From the NCBI GenBank assembly GCA_965200315.1, contig OZ241362.1:3776001-3840000 (forward strand): a stretch of DNA of 64,000 bases, given 5' to 3'. Positions 38,814 through 49,078 of the stretch are shown here, one piece after another. Position 1 is the first letter of the stretch, and every line of letters starts with the position of its first letter. The notes under the pieces are model-generated. The model was not told the DNA's origin, searched no databases, and was given only the letters and a program-made list of their open reading frames with translations. The position numbers and the translations under genes were made by a program. The stretch is from Candidatus Latescibacterota bacterium (GTDB lineage Bacteria > Latescibacterota > UBA2968 > UBA8231).

Positions 38814-39825
38814 CCTGTTGCAGGAACCGCAGTTGGTTTGCGCCGATAATTTTGCGGACATCGGCTTCGGCATAGCCGCGTTTGGCCAAGCCCACCGCAA
38901 TGTCCGGGAGGCAGGTCGCGTCTTCTAAGAGCAAGCCGCCGCCGTCAAAATCCGACCCCAAGCCGACGTGGTCGATGCCGGCGACCGCGACCGCGTGTTC
39001 AATATGGTCGAGCAGGCCGTCGAAGGTGGGGTTGTGCGCGTCGATAAAGTCTGGGACAAAGGTGATGGCCACGACCCCGCCCTTTTCGGCGAGGGCGCAC
39101 AACTGCTCGTCGCGGAGGTTGCGCGGGTGGTCGCAGAGGGCGCGGCAGCAGCTATGGGTGGCCATAAAGGGAGCTTGGGCCGCGTGGGCCACGTCCCAAA
39201 AGCCCGGCTCGTTGAGATGGGAGACGTCGACGACCACGCCTAGTTCGTTCATCTGCGCTAGGAGCTGGCGGCCAAAGCCGGTCAGGCCGCCTCCCCCTGC
39301 CACCTCGCAGCCATCTCCGGCCCAAGAGCGGGTGCTATGGGTGAGGGTCAGGGCGCGGACGCCCAACTGGTAGAGCAGCGGCAGGATGTGAGGGCTTTTT
39401 TCCAGCGCATCGCTGTTTTCCACTGCCAGTATGGCCGCCAAGCGGCCCTCGGCGCGGGCGCGCTCAATGTCGGCCGCGCAGTGCGCCACGGCCATGCCCT
39501 CGCTGTGATCTGCCACTTCTTGCAAAAAATGACCCAAGGCGTCCATGCAGTAGAGCAAGTGGTTGCCCCAAGGGCGGGTGCAATCAACGGCGAAAAAGGC
39601 CGCGTCTAGCCCGCCCTCGCGCGCCTTGGGCAAGTCGAGCTGAACGCCGCCATCCGGCGACTGGTATTGGCGCAAATAAGCGACAGCCCCGTCGCGTTGA
39701 TGGAAGTCAGGGCGCTGGGTGCCGTCGATGGACATACCCCGGCGGATCAGGGCGACGATGCTGTCGTTGTGCGAATCGATGACCAAGGAGTCTTGGTGCA
39801 GGCGGCGGGCGGTTTGTTCGTTCAT
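38803..39825 (-). CDS. Membrane dipeptidase M19 family
   Basis: IDSHND, DVSHL, THSCCRALCDHPRN, GLGSDFDG. Confidence 0.93.
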   Translation of the reverse strand: MNEQTARRLHQDSLVIDSHNDSIVALIRRGMSIDGTQRPDFHQRDGAVAYLRQYQSPDGGVQLDLPKAREGGLDAAFFAVDCTRPWGNHLLYCMDALGHFLQEVADHSEGMAVAHCAADIERARAEGRLAAILAVENSDALEKSPHILPLLYQLGVRALTLTHSTRSWAGDGCEVAGGGGLTGFGRQLLAQMNELGVVVDVSHLNEPGFWDVAHAAQAPFMATHSCCRALCDHPRNLRDEQLCALAEKGGVVAITFVPDFIDAHNPTFDGLLDHIEHAVAVAGIDHVGLGSDFDGGGLLLEDATCLPDIAVGLAKRGYAEADVRKIIGANQLRFLQQVIG

Positions 39826-39832
39826 TGGCGTG

Positions 39833-40515
39833 TCATTCCTTATTCAGCGTTTCCAGTTTATGAAGCCATTCGCCGAAATGTGTACACTTCAGGCGCAACG
39901 TAGGCAATCCGATCTTCTCCGCAACAATGGGAGCCGCGGATGGTTTCATTTTCTCGTATTCCGGTATTTCGCCGATAATTCGCTTTGATGGAGCGGTAGT
40001 GTTTCCGTCATTGATGAGTTCCGGTGAATCAAAACTGGCGACCATATCGACAAGTTGCCGTATTCCAGTGCTGTTATCAAACTGCGAATCGAGTTTCTGA
40101 GGATCGGACAGCAATAATGCCTCAAACTCGTGAAGTTGAAAATGCGGGATAAATCGCCAATCAGAAATGTCTTCCTCCAGAGCGTCCTCCAGCATTTTGA
40201 TCCGTCCGTAGGGGTCGGAGATCTGCTTCGCGTCTCTGTAACCGGGAAAATCCGTCGGCAGACCGTACACGTCAAACATAGTTGTGAAACGCACGTCCGA
40301 ATTCCGATCTTCCTTTATCCAAGCGTTGATATCATTCCTAGCCTGCCCATAACTCTCAATACCTCCACGATGCTTAATGTTGTTCTTCCAACTCGTCAGG
40401 ACACAACGAACCTCTTCACATAGACTTCCAAATTCGCTAGGTGCGGGTTTAGAAGCCGCTTCACGAACGCTTCTTCGGTCTGCCCTTCAACAATGAAATT
40501 CAGTCTGATAGCCAC
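39833..40515 (-). pseudogene. DUF4276-family (TOPRIM-like) protein with a frameshift
   Basis: IVEGQTEE N-terminus and TTMFDVYGLP, HEFEALL, PELIND, APSKR C-terminus in different frames; extra AG at about 40412-40416. Confidence 0.8.
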
Positions 40516-41621
40516 TACGGTCGCCCTCCGAGCACGTTCTTTTCCCATAACTCGGAAAGCGAATAATCTTCGAGCCATTCTTCGAGAGCCTCGGCGTTTA
40601 GCTGTCTGAAAGTAGAACTACGGCCTTCGCGCTCGACGACGACAATATCCGCTGGCTCAAAGCAATCGACCAATGCCGTGGATTGTGTAGCGACGATGAC
40701 CTGTACCTTGGTTGATGCGGCACTTATCAAACCGCCGACGATATTAATGGCGTAGGGGTGCAATCCAAGTTCTGGCTCGTCGAGAATCAAAACGTCCGGC
40801 AAATCCCGTTCTGGCTGAAGGAGAAGGGTAACAAGCGATAAGACCCGCAACATACCATCTGACGCCTGCGACACACTGAATACCTGATCGCTATTTCGCT
40901 CGCGCCAGCTCAGGAGAAGACGGTTATAGTTTGGCTCCAACACGAAATCAGAGAAGAAGGGCAGGATTAACCGAATGGTATCTACGATCCGCTGATAGCA
41001 CCTGTTATCATCTTCCTTCAAGCGAAACAGAACGGGCGCGACATTGGCAGCGTCCTCCTTCAACCATCGGTTATCATACATATTCCACATCCCGCGTATG
41101 CGAGCAGTGTCCGACGTATTATGGAATTGATACACGACGATTTTTTGCAGGAGCTCTCGAATGACGCGAGCAGTCGCGTCTTGGCTAGCCTTAACAAGAA
41201 GTTGCGGAAAGAGATGTCCAGCCCCTGTTTCGCGCCATCGCGCAAGAGTAGAGTAATTCTTGTTAGAGAATCGGTATCGCTCGTCCGCGAAAATCAACGT
41301 ATCTCCTGCCGCATAAAACAGCCGAAACGCATATTGATTTTCGCCAGCATCGGTCTTAATCGTCAGTTCTGTCTCGATCTCTCGGGTTTTAGCTGGGCCA
41401 TCGTGCAACAAGGTGCTGGCACCACCCTGTTGACTCACGTAAAGCTGAAGATGGTCTGGGTCTGATAATCCCCAACTTATCATACGAAAAAAAGAGATGA
41501 AATTGGATTTTCCAGCGCCGTTAGGTCCAATCAGCACTGTCAAGGGACGAGGCTTGAAATCCTTCAGCTCTCGAATAGTCTTGAACCCTTTGAGAGTTAT
41601 TGCATCAAGCCTATTTCTCAT
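40515..41621 (-). CDS. AAA_21/ABC-type ATPase, partner of DUF4276
   Basis: Walker A GPNGAGKS, signature SDGMLR, Walker B LILDEPELGLHP, ATQS, LSELWEKNVLGGRP; TAG/GTG overlap with DUF4276. Confidence 0.9.
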   Translation of the reverse strand: MRNRLDAITLKGFKTIRELKDFKPRPLTVLIGPNGAGKSNFISFFRMISWGLSDPDHLQLYVSQQGGASTLLHDGPAKTREIETELTIKTDAGENQYAFRLFYAAGDTLIFADERYRFSNKNYSTLARWRETGAGHLFPQLLVKASQDATARVIRELLQKIVVYQFHNTSDTARIRGMWNMYDNRWLKEDAANVAPVLFRLKEDDNRCYQRIVDTIRLILPFFSDFVLEPNYNRLLLSWRERNSDQVFSVSQASDGMLRVLSLVTLLLQPERDLPDVLILDEPELGLHPYAINIVGGLISAASTKVQVIVATQSTALVDCFEPADIVVVEREGRSSTFRQLNAEALEEWLEDYSLSELWEKNVLGGRP

Positions 41622-41719
41622 GTTCTATTCCCTCGATATTTGTCGAGCGCATCCTCGTAGGCTTGAAATCGGACAGCTCCCATTTGAACCGGAAAATCGT
41701 CGAGCGCGAGTTTGTGATT

Positions 41720-42450
41720 TTAGCGGCGGTCGAAAGTTTCGCGGTAGAGAATGATGTCGGTCAGCGTTAGGTCGGCTGGGCCGTCGTAATCAAATAAACA
41801 ATAGACATCTTGGGGCTGGGTCAAAACAAAACGCAACGCGCTGGACCGATCAGCGGCAAAGGGGATCGACAGCCACCATGGCGGATGGCAGGAAAACCGA
41901 AACCAAGCTCCCACTTCGAGTGTAAACCATTAATAGCGGTGGTAGCGGCATAGAGGCCAATGGAGCGATAGCCACACGCCGGTCGCGCAAGCGGGCGAGG
42001 GCCAACAAGCCGAACAGAGCAAAGCAACAGATAGACGAACTGTTGAGGATGCCTTTGTCCACATGCAACCAATGGCCGGGCAAGGAGATATGGGCCAAAT
42101 GGCCATATTGAGAGCACCTTCGGCCCAAGCACCACTACCCGGACGGAGTGGCCCCATCGAGTCGTCGCTAAAGGCGTAGTGGAAGGCAATGAGGGTGTAC
42201 AGGCCGGCGGTGATGACCAAGCCAACGATGGGGAGGGCAAGATGCCGTCGCGGGCTGTACCAAGCTTGCAGCAGTACGCCGGCTCCTCAGAGGAGCCCCA
42301 AAGGGATATCGCGAGGGTGGAGGAAAGGCAGACCCCACAGCAGCAGGGTCAGGACCCCGAGCAGCGGCACCTCCCATCGCTCCAAGTCGAGGAGAAACGA
42401 GCGGGCGGAAGGTCGCACGATGCTGTAGAGGAAGATCAAAAGAATCGCAT
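41720..42450 (-). pseudogene. Degraded multi-pass membrane protein gene
   Basis: Hydrophobic segments spread over several frames with an internal stop. Confidence 0.5.
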
Positions 42451-42458
42451 GACGAAGC

Positions 42459-43451
42459 TCAGTGGGACTCCATGTACTCGTCAAAGTCGATCACAACGCC
42501 TTGCTCCGACGAGGCCCCCAAAGCGTTGATCAGGCCCACCGTGGCTAGGTTGCGCGGGCCAGAGAAAGGCGGCTCCACGTCGTTGAGCACGTAGTCGCGG
42601 AAGCCGTCCAAGAGGACTTCTTCGGGATGGGGGTTTTCATCCATCGGTATGATCTCGTCTGCTTCGGCCCCGGGCCGCCGAATCGCCAAGCCGCCGGAGA
42701 CCTCTTCGACCGTGCCCTTCTCGCAGTCCAGTCGCCAGCTTGAGCCGCCTTTGTGGGTGGCAAAGGTGCATTGGAAGTTGAACGTGGTGCCGTTGTGAAA
42801 CTCGATCCAGCCGTCGATGGCCGCGCCGCCGCTATACGGACTCCAAGGCGGGTTGAAGCTGTTGCAAAAGAGCCGCTTGGGCTCGGTGCTGAGCAGGTGG
42901 CGCAATTGGTCGAAGTCGTGGATGCCGCGCTCCCACAAGTAGGCGTGTTGGTCCGCGCCCGAATGATGCACCCGCGGACGCCATCCATATTTGGTCATCA
43001 AGCCAAAGGAAGGCTGTCCCAAGTCGCCGCTTTGCAGCAGGCGACGGATGGTTAAGACCGGCGGATAGTAACGGGCGTTCTGGGTAACAGCGACCTTGAG
43101 ACCGCGCTCGCTCGCCTCGGCGACGATCTGACGCGCTTGGCCGAGGTCTTTGGTGAAAGGCTTTTCCACCAGTACATGCTTGCCAGCGCGGACGGCCTCC
43201 AAGCACTGGGCGGCGTGCAGGTCGGGCGGCGTAATGACCACCACGGCGTCGGCATCAACGGCTTGCAAGGCATCGGCGGGCGTAGAAAAACACGCTGCCT
43301 CGCCTAGGCCGGTAGTCTCCCGCGCCGTGGCGAGGTTCTCCTCGCTAACATCAACTAGGGCGACGGCCTCGAAGTCGGTGCGGTCGCGGAAGCGGTTTAG
43401 GGGCCAGCGGCCGCGGCCACCAGCCCCTATGTGGATCGTGCGAATAGTCAT
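42459..43451 (-). CDS. Gfo/Idh/MocA oxidoreductase
   Basis: IGAGGRG, GKHVLVEKP, GIHDFD. Confidence 0.92.
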   Translation of the reverse strand: MTIRTIHIGAGGRGRWPLNRFRDRTDFEAVALVDVSEENLATARETTGLGEAACFSTPADALQAVDADAVVVITPPDLHAAQCLEAVRAGKHVLVEKPFTKDLGQARQIVAEASERGLKVAVTQNARYYPPVLTIRRLLQSGDLGQPSFGLMTKYGWRPRVHHSGADQHAYLWERGIHDFDQLRHLLSTEPKRLFCNSFNPPWSPYSGGAAIDGWIEFHNGTTFNFQCTFATHKGGSSWRLDCEKGTVEEVSGGLAIRRPGAEADEIIPMDENPHPEEVLLDGFRDYVLNDVEPPFSGPRNLATVGLINALGASSEQGVVIDFDEYMESH

Positions 43452-44935
43452 GCTGAGCTCCAATCGAGGGCAAGTTGGGTCAATAGGCGTACGCCGATGC
43501 CGACGCCGCCTCGTGGCACATAAGGTTTGGTCTTTTCGCACCAAGCGGTGCCGGCAATATCGAGGTGCGCCCAAGAGTAGTCGGCGAACTCGGCCAACAG
43601 CGCCGCAGCCGTGCTGGCGCCCGCTGGCCGACCGCCTGAGTTTTTCATGTCGGCGATGTCGCTGTCGATCTGGTCGCGGAACTCGGGCCACAGCGGCAAG
43701 CGCCAGAGCCGCTCGCCGGTTTGCTCTCCGGCGGCGAGCAGCCGATCCGCCAAATCATCGTCGTTGGCAAACAGGCCCGAAGCGTAGTGCCCCAGGGCAG
43801 TTACGCAAGCACCGGTGAGGGTGGCCAGATCGACGACTGCGGCCGGCTCGTAGCGGGTGGCGTAGGCGAGGGCGTCGGCCAAGACGAGGCGTCCTTCGGC
43901 GTCCGTGCTGACGATCTCGATGGTCTTACCCGCGAGGGTGCGCAGCACGTCATCGGGGCGAAAAGCCGTGCTGGAGGGCATGTTCTCGGCCGCGGCGATC
44001 AGGCCGACGACCCGCTGCTTGAGGCCGAGCGCGGCCACCGCCTGCATCGCGCCCAAGACCGCAGCAGCGCCGGACATGTCGGTCTTCATCGTGCGGATGC
44101 CATCAACGGTCTTGAGCGAGAGGCCGCCGCTGTCGAAGGTGATGCCCTTGCCGACAAACACCAGCGGCTCCCCCTCGCGAGGGCCGTGTTCAAGGACGAT
44201 AAAACGCGGCTTATTGGCACTGCCCTGGCCAACGGCCACTAGGGCACCCATGCCTAGCTCGGCTAAGCCCTTTGTACTGAAGACCCGGCAGCGCAGATCG
44301 TGGGTTTTGGCTAGGCGACGAGCCGTGTGGGCCAAGTAGGCCGGCGTCACTTCGCCGCCGGGGTGATTGACCAAGTCGCGGGCGAGGTAGGTGGCCTCGG
44401 CGAGGGCGCGGCCCCGACGAACTCCGCGCCGCACCGCTGTGAGCTTAGTCGAGTCGAACTCTACGACGTGCAGCGTGGCCAACGACGGCACTTGGGGATG
44501 CGAGCGGTATTCGTCAAAGCGATAGGCCGCCAACAGCGAGGCTTCGGCCACAGCTTGCGCGGCTGGCTCGACGGGCAGGTTGCCCGCGCCCGTGCCGTGC
44601 AGGATAGTGGCCGCGCTCTTAGCTCCCAAGCCGCCGAGGGTGCCGATGGCCGTGCCAGCGGCGCGGCGCGCTCTTTCGAGGTCAAAGCCCTCTTGCTCGC
44701 CCAAGCCGACGACGAGGACGCGCGGTGCTGGGAGCTGGCCGTGCGAGTACAGCAGCAAGGTCTGGCCGGCCTTGCCCTCGAAGTCTCCCAAGTCAATCGC
44801 CGCCGAGATTTGGCCGCCGAGGGCTTGGTCAACCGCACCCGTAGCGCCGCCCGGGCGCGCTCCAGCAAAGAGGTTGACCACGAGGACGTCCGCGTCCTGT
44901 TTTTGAATGGCTCCTTGAATTACTTTAATATCCAT
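43448..44935 (-). CDS. pepA: Leucyl aminopeptidase (M17)
   Basis: VGKGITFDSGG, MKTDMSG, TDAEGRL, DLATLTGA, AHLDIAG. Confidence 0.96.
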   Translation of the reverse strand: MDIKVIQGAIQKQDADVLVVNLFAGARPGGATGAVDQALGGQISAAIDLGDFEGKAGQTLLLYSHGQLPAPRVLVVGLGEQEGFDLERARRAAGTAIGTLGGLGAKSAATILHGTGAGNLPVEPAAQAVAEASLLAAYRFDEYRSHPQVPSLATLHVVEFDSTKLTAVRRGVRRGRALAEATYLARDLVNHPGGEVTPAYLAHTARRLAKTHDLRCRVFSTKGLAELGMGALVAVGQGSANKPRFIVLEHGPREGEPLVFVGKGITFDSGGLSLKTVDGIRTMKTDMSGAAAVLGAMQAVAALGLKQRVVGLIAAAENMPSSTAFRPDDVLRTLAGKTIEIVSTDAEGRLVLADALAYATRYEPAAVVDLATLTGACVTALGHYASGLFANDDDLADRLLAAGEQTGERLWRLPLWPEFRDQIDSDIADMKNSGGRPAGASTAAALLAEFADYSWAHLDIAGTAWCEKTKPYVPRGGVGIGVRLLTQLALDWSSA

Positions 44936-44983
44936 AACATTGGTGGTTCGGTAGTAGGTGGTTATTAACCACTAACCACTATC

Positions 44984-45137
44984 CATATTACTGTCAAGAA
45001 TGTCATGGGCCTATTTCTGATTCGCCACGGCGAGTCCACCAACAACGCGCTGACCGATAACATATTACTTTCGAGGATACTATGGACCTATTTCTGATTC
45101 GCCACGGCGAGTCCACTAACAACGCGCTGACCGATGT
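44984..45137 (+). repeat. Diverged 77-bp tandem duplication covering the RBS and first 18 codons of the phosphatase gene
   Basis: CATATTACT...ATGGGCCTATTTCTGATTCGCCACGGCGAGTCCAC (44984-45060) versus the ATGGACCTA... copy (45061-45137). Confidence 0.9.
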
Positions 45138-45813
45138 TAGCCAGCGCGTCGCCGATCCCGAATTGACCGCTAACGGCCGGGCACAGGCCGAGCAAGTGGC
45201 CGCGTATCTAGCAGAAGGGTTGCACCTTGCGCCAGCCGAACGCACAGCGGATCGGCCCTTTTTTGATCGGCTTTATTGCAGTCCAATGATCCGCACCCTG
45301 CACACCGCGCAAGCGATCGGACAGGCCATGGAATCGGAGTCGGCGATCTGGGTAGCTATTCACGAGATGGGCGGCATTTACCTCGACCACGGCGGCGAGC
45401 GGGGAATCGTTGGCTATCCCGGCCTGACGCGGGCGGAAATTGCCGCGCGTTTTCTCACTAGCGTCGCGTCAGCGGAAGTCGGCGAAGACGGATGGTGGGA
45501 CGCGGGCAAGGAAACGAATCAGCAGGCCCAGCGCCGCGCTATCGGCGTAGCTGCAGACTTGCGAGCGCGGGCGGGAGAAGAGACGCGCATCGGCTTGGTG
45601 ACGCACGGCGGCTTTATGAGCCTGTTGCTCTCGGCCTTGGGCAACCAAGCAATGGACGACGGCTCCTATTACGAGCACAACAACACGGCGATTACTCGCA
45701 TCGCGCTCGCGCCCGGCGGTACCACGGTCGTCAAGTATGTCAACCGCACCGAGCACCTGTCCGACGAGTTGCAACGACTGCGTCCAGGCCTGCGATGGAT
45801 CGCGCCGCCCTGA
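45082..45813 (+). CDS. Histidine phosphatase (phosphoglycerate mutase-like) family
   Basis: LIRHGES, YCSPMIRT, LVTHGG, NTAIT. Confidence 0.92.
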   Translation: MDLFLIRHGESTNNALTDVSQRVADPELTANGRAQAEQVAAYLAEGLHLAPAERTADRPFFDRLYCSPMIRTLHTAQAIGQAMESESAIWVAIHEMGGIYLDHGGERGIVGYPGLTRAEIAARFLTSVASAEVGEDGWWDAGKETNQQAQRRAIGVAADLRARAGEETRIGLVTHGGFMSLLLSALGNQAMDDGSYYEHNNTAITRIALAPGGTTVVKYVNRTEHLSDELQRLRPGLRWIAPP

Positions 45814-47174
45814 TACGCGATCTCGGCACCTTCCTACGTCCAGACCAACTGTTGACCTCGGCTGAGGATTGCAGCGTCTATGCCTTCGACGGGACCGCCC
45901 TGCTGCACCAGCGACCCGCTTGCGTGGCCTTGCCGGAAAGTAGGGAAGAGGTCGCCCAGCTCTTGGCTCTGTGCAACCAGCGCGGGGTGCCCGTGGTGCC
46001 GCGTGGCTCGGGCACCGGGTTGGCTGGGGGGTCCGTACCCTCGCAAGGGGGGGTCGCGCTCTGCTTGGTCCGGTTCAATCAAATCCTAGAGCTAGACGCG
46101 GCCAACCTAGTCATGGTCGTCCAGCCGGGCGTTCTCACTCAGCAGATCGCCGACGCAGCCCAAGCCGCTGGCCTATTTTATCCCCCGGATCCCGGCTCGA
46201 TCAAGATCTCGACTATCGGCGGCAATGTGGCCAACAATTCCGGGGGGCTGCGCGGATTAAAATACGGCGTGACGCGCGACTACGTGATGGGGTTGGAGGT
46301 CGTCTTGGCCGACGGCCAGGTTTTGGAGACCGGCAACAAATGCGTCAAAGACGTGGCCGGCTTCACGCTCAAAGACCTCTTTATCGGCTCCGAGGGAATG
46401 CTCGGCGTCATTACCAAGATCGCGCTGAAGCTGGTCCCAGCACCCGCGAGCAAAAAGACCTTGCTTGGCCTATACGACGAGATGACGCAGGCGGCGGCCA
46501 CGGTCTCGGCGATTATCGCGCACAAAATCATCCCCTGCACCCTCGAATTCCTCGACCGCACTACCATCGAATGCGTGGAGGCCCACGCCGACATTGGCCT
46601 GCCGACGGACTGCGAGGCCGTGCTGCTGATGGAAGTAGATGGGCACCCAGTGCAGGTTGCCGAGCAGGCCGCCCAGATCGAGGCCATTGCCCGCGAGGGC
46701 GGCGCTCGCTCGGTGCGACTGGCTGCCTCAGATGCAGAGGCCCAGCAACTCGCCGCAGCCCGGCGCACAGCCTTTAGCGCGCTGGCGCGACTAGCACCGA
46801 CGGTCGTGCTAGAGGACGTCACCGTGCCGCGCAGCGAGCTAGCGGCCATGGTCGCCTACGTGCAGGAGGTCGGTCAGCGGCACCAAGTGCGGGTGGGGAC
46901 CTTCGGCCACTTCGGCGACGGCAACCTGCACCCCACCTTCCTGTGCGACGAGCGCGACGCTGCGGAAATGGCCCGCGTCGAAAAGGCCATGGCCGAGGTT
47001 TTTGCCCACGCCGTAGAATTGGGCGGGACCATCACCGGCGAGCACGGAGTCGGCTTGGCCAAAAAGCCCTACTTGCCCGGGCAGCTCGGGCCGGTGGGGC
47101 TGGAAATTCTCAAGCGGGTCAAGACCGCCTTCGACCCAAAGGGTATCTTAAACCGAGGGAACATGTTCGATTGA
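45795..47174 (+). CDS. glcD: FAD-linked glycolate/D-lactate oxidase subunit
   Basis: PRGSGTGLAGG, YPPDPGS, GLKYGVT, GHFGDGNLHP, GEHGVG. Confidence 0.9.
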   Translation: MDRAALIRDLGTFLRPDQLLTSAEDCSVYAFDGTALLHQRPACVALPESREEVAQLLALCNQRGVPVVPRGSGTGLAGGSVPSQGGVALCLVRFNQILELDAANLVMVVQPGVLTQQIADAAQAAGLFYPPDPGSIKISTIGGNVANNSGGLRGLKYGVTRDYVMGLEVVLADGQVLETGNKCVKDVAGFTLKDLFIGSEGMLGVITKIALKLVPAPASKKTLLGLYDEMTQAAATVSAIIAHKIIPCTLEFLDRTTIECVEAHADIGLPTDCEAVLLMEVDGHPVQVAEQAAQIEAIAREGGARSVRLAASDAEAQQLAAARRTAFSALARLAPTVVLEDVTVPRSELAAMVAYVQEVGQRHQVRVGTFGHFGDGNLHPTFLCDERDAAEMARVEKAMAEVFAHAVELGGTITGEHGVGLAKKPYLPGQLGPVGLEILKRVKTAFDPKGILNRGNMFD

Positions 47175-48508
47175 GCGACGGCCTGAACTTACTCCGAGAC
47201 TTGGATTACTCGATCCTCCAGCAGTGCATGCACTGCGGCCTCTGCCTGCCGACCTGCCCGACGTACGACGCGACTCTGCGCGAGCGTTCTTCGCCGCGGG
47301 GGCGGATCGCCATGATGCGAGCCATCGCCGATGGCGAGCTAGAGGCGAGTACGATCTTTGCCGAAGAGATGTACTTCTGCCTCGGCTGCCTCGCCTGTCA
47401 GACCGCGTGTCCGGCCGGAGTGGATTACGCCGCGCTATTTGAAAACGCCCGCGCCGAAGTGGAGCGGCAGGGCTTGCTCAATGGCACAGTGCGGAATTTT
47501 GTGCGCCGTTGGGTCCTCGGCTGGCTCTTCGCCAAACAGACGCGGTTGCAGGCTATCGCCCGCACGGTGCGCTTCTTGCAGCGCAGCGGTCTGCAAACCC
47601 TAACGCGCCGCAGCGGTCTCCTCAGGCTGCTGCCTTTTGGCTTGGGCGAACTGGAGCCGCTGGCACCGCAGATTTCTCCGCGCTTTACCGACCAGTTGTA
47701 TCGCCGGGATTTGCAGCAGGCGAATCCGTCCGCACCGCGCTACCGGGTCGCGCTGTTGGCCGGCTGCGTCCAAGACATATCCTTTGCCGAGGTAAACGCC
47801 GATACGATATGCGTCTTGCAGCACAACGGCTGCCACGTGCTGCTGCCGGAGGGCCAAGCGTGTTGCGGCTCGCTGCACGCGCACAACGGCGCGGTCGAAC
47901 AGGCGCAGCAACAGGCACGGCTCAACATTGACGCCTTTGACGCCAAAAACCTAGACGCAATCGTCGTCAACGCTGGTGGCTGCGGATTGCACTGCAAGCA
48001 CTACGACCGCTTGCTGGCCGACGACCCCACCTATGCGGAGCGGGCCGCTGTGTGGAGCTCAAAAGTAAAGGATGTCCACGAGTGGCTCGCCGAAATCGGC
48101 TTGCGCCGGCCCCGCGCTGCAATGCCCTCACAACAAGTCGCCTACCACGAGTCGTGCCACCTCAAACACGGACAGCGGGTTTCCACTGCCCCACACGAGG
48201 TGCTGCAAGCCGTGCCCAATTTGGAGCTCGTGCCGCTGGTAGAGGCCGACTGGTGCTGCGGCAGTGCCGGCATCTACAACATCACCCAGCCCGAGCTGTC
48301 CATGCAGCTACTCGACCGCAAAATGGCACACGTGTGTGCGACCGGCGCGACCGCAGTGGCCACGGGCAACACCGGCTGCGCCATCCAACTCCAGTATGGA
48401 GTCCGTCGCGCAAACGCCGCCGTGGACATCGTCCACCCGGTGTCGCTTTTGGCCGCAGCCTATCGCGCTGAAAATCAAGGAGGAACGCAATGCAGCACTT
48501 TGGCCTAA
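47171..48508 (+). CDS. glcF: Glycolate oxidase Fe-S subunit
   Basis: CMHCGLCLPTCPTY, CLGCLACQTACP, two CCG domains. Confidence 0.9.
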   Translation: MSDGLNLLRDLDYSILQQCMHCGLCLPTCPTYDATLRERSSPRGRIAMMRAIADGELEASTIFAEEMYFCLGCLACQTACPAGVDYAALFENARAEVERQGLLNGTVRNFVRRWVLGWLFAKQTRLQAIARTVRFLQRSGLQTLTRRSGLLRLLPFGLGELEPLAPQISPRFTDQLYRRDLQQANPSAPRYRVALLAGCVQDISFAEVNADTICVLQHNGCHVLLPEGQACCGSLHAHNGAVEQAQQQARLNIDAFDAKNLDAIVVNAGGCGLHCKHYDRLLADDPTYAERAAVWSSKVKDVHEWLAEIGLRRPRAAMPSQQVAYHESCHLKHGQRVSTAPHEVLQAVPNLELVPLVEADWCCGSAGIYNITQPELSMQLLDRKMAHVCATGATAVATGNTGCAIQLQYGVRRANAAVDIVHPVSLLAAAYRAENQGGTQCSTLA

Positions 48509-48834
48509 CCATTGAGTTGAAGGACGATCCCGAACTGATCGCCCAGTACAAGGCATACCACGCCGACCCTTGGCCCGAGCCGCTTCAGGGCCTAGGCGAA
48601 GTCGGCATCACCGACATGAAAATTTTTCTCTTGGGCCAGCGGATGTTCATGTACATGACCGCTACCGACGAGTTCGATCCGGCCCGCGACTTCCCGCGCT
48701 ACGTCGAGCAAAACCCCAAGGCGAAGGAGTGGGACGAGCTGATGCGAACCTTTCAGCAGCAGGTGCCCGAAGCCAAAGAGGGAGAGTGGTGGGCCAATAT
48801 GGAGCTCGTGTTTGACCTGCAATTGCACGTGTGA
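48490..48834 (+). CDS. L-rhamnose mutarotase family protein
   Basis: YKAYHADPWPE, GITDMKIF, EWDELM, WANMELVFDL. Confidence 0.85.
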   Translation: MQHFGLTIELKDDPELIAQYKAYHADPWPEPLQGLGEVGITDMKIFLLGQRMFMYMTATDEFDPARDFPRYVEQNPKAKEWDELMRTFQQQVPEAKEGEWWANMELVFDLQLHV

Positions 48835-48840
48835 GAAGCT

Positions 48841-49078
48841 ATGAGGCCAAATAAGACTCACTCTTGGATCACCTTCCAAATCGATCGGCACGAGGCCCAT
48901 ATTCGGGCTAGATGAAACTGGAAAAATTCAAAGAGACGAGGGAATAATGAGCAACAGTGGCTCAACGATCATTGAAGAAATTGATCGGCTGAAAGGAGAA
49001 CTGGACAAATTGCGTCCATTGCCTGCTGACGTCGTGGGGCGGATAGAGCAAACTTCTGACACAGGAGATCAACTATGA
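48841..49078 (+). pseudogene. Two short 5' fragments resembling N-termini of Fic-family genes
   Basis: 48841-48915 MRPNKTHSWITFQID and 48947-49078 IEEIDRLKGELDKLRPLPADVV; both truncated; recognised from memory of Fic N-termini. Confidence 0.45.
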
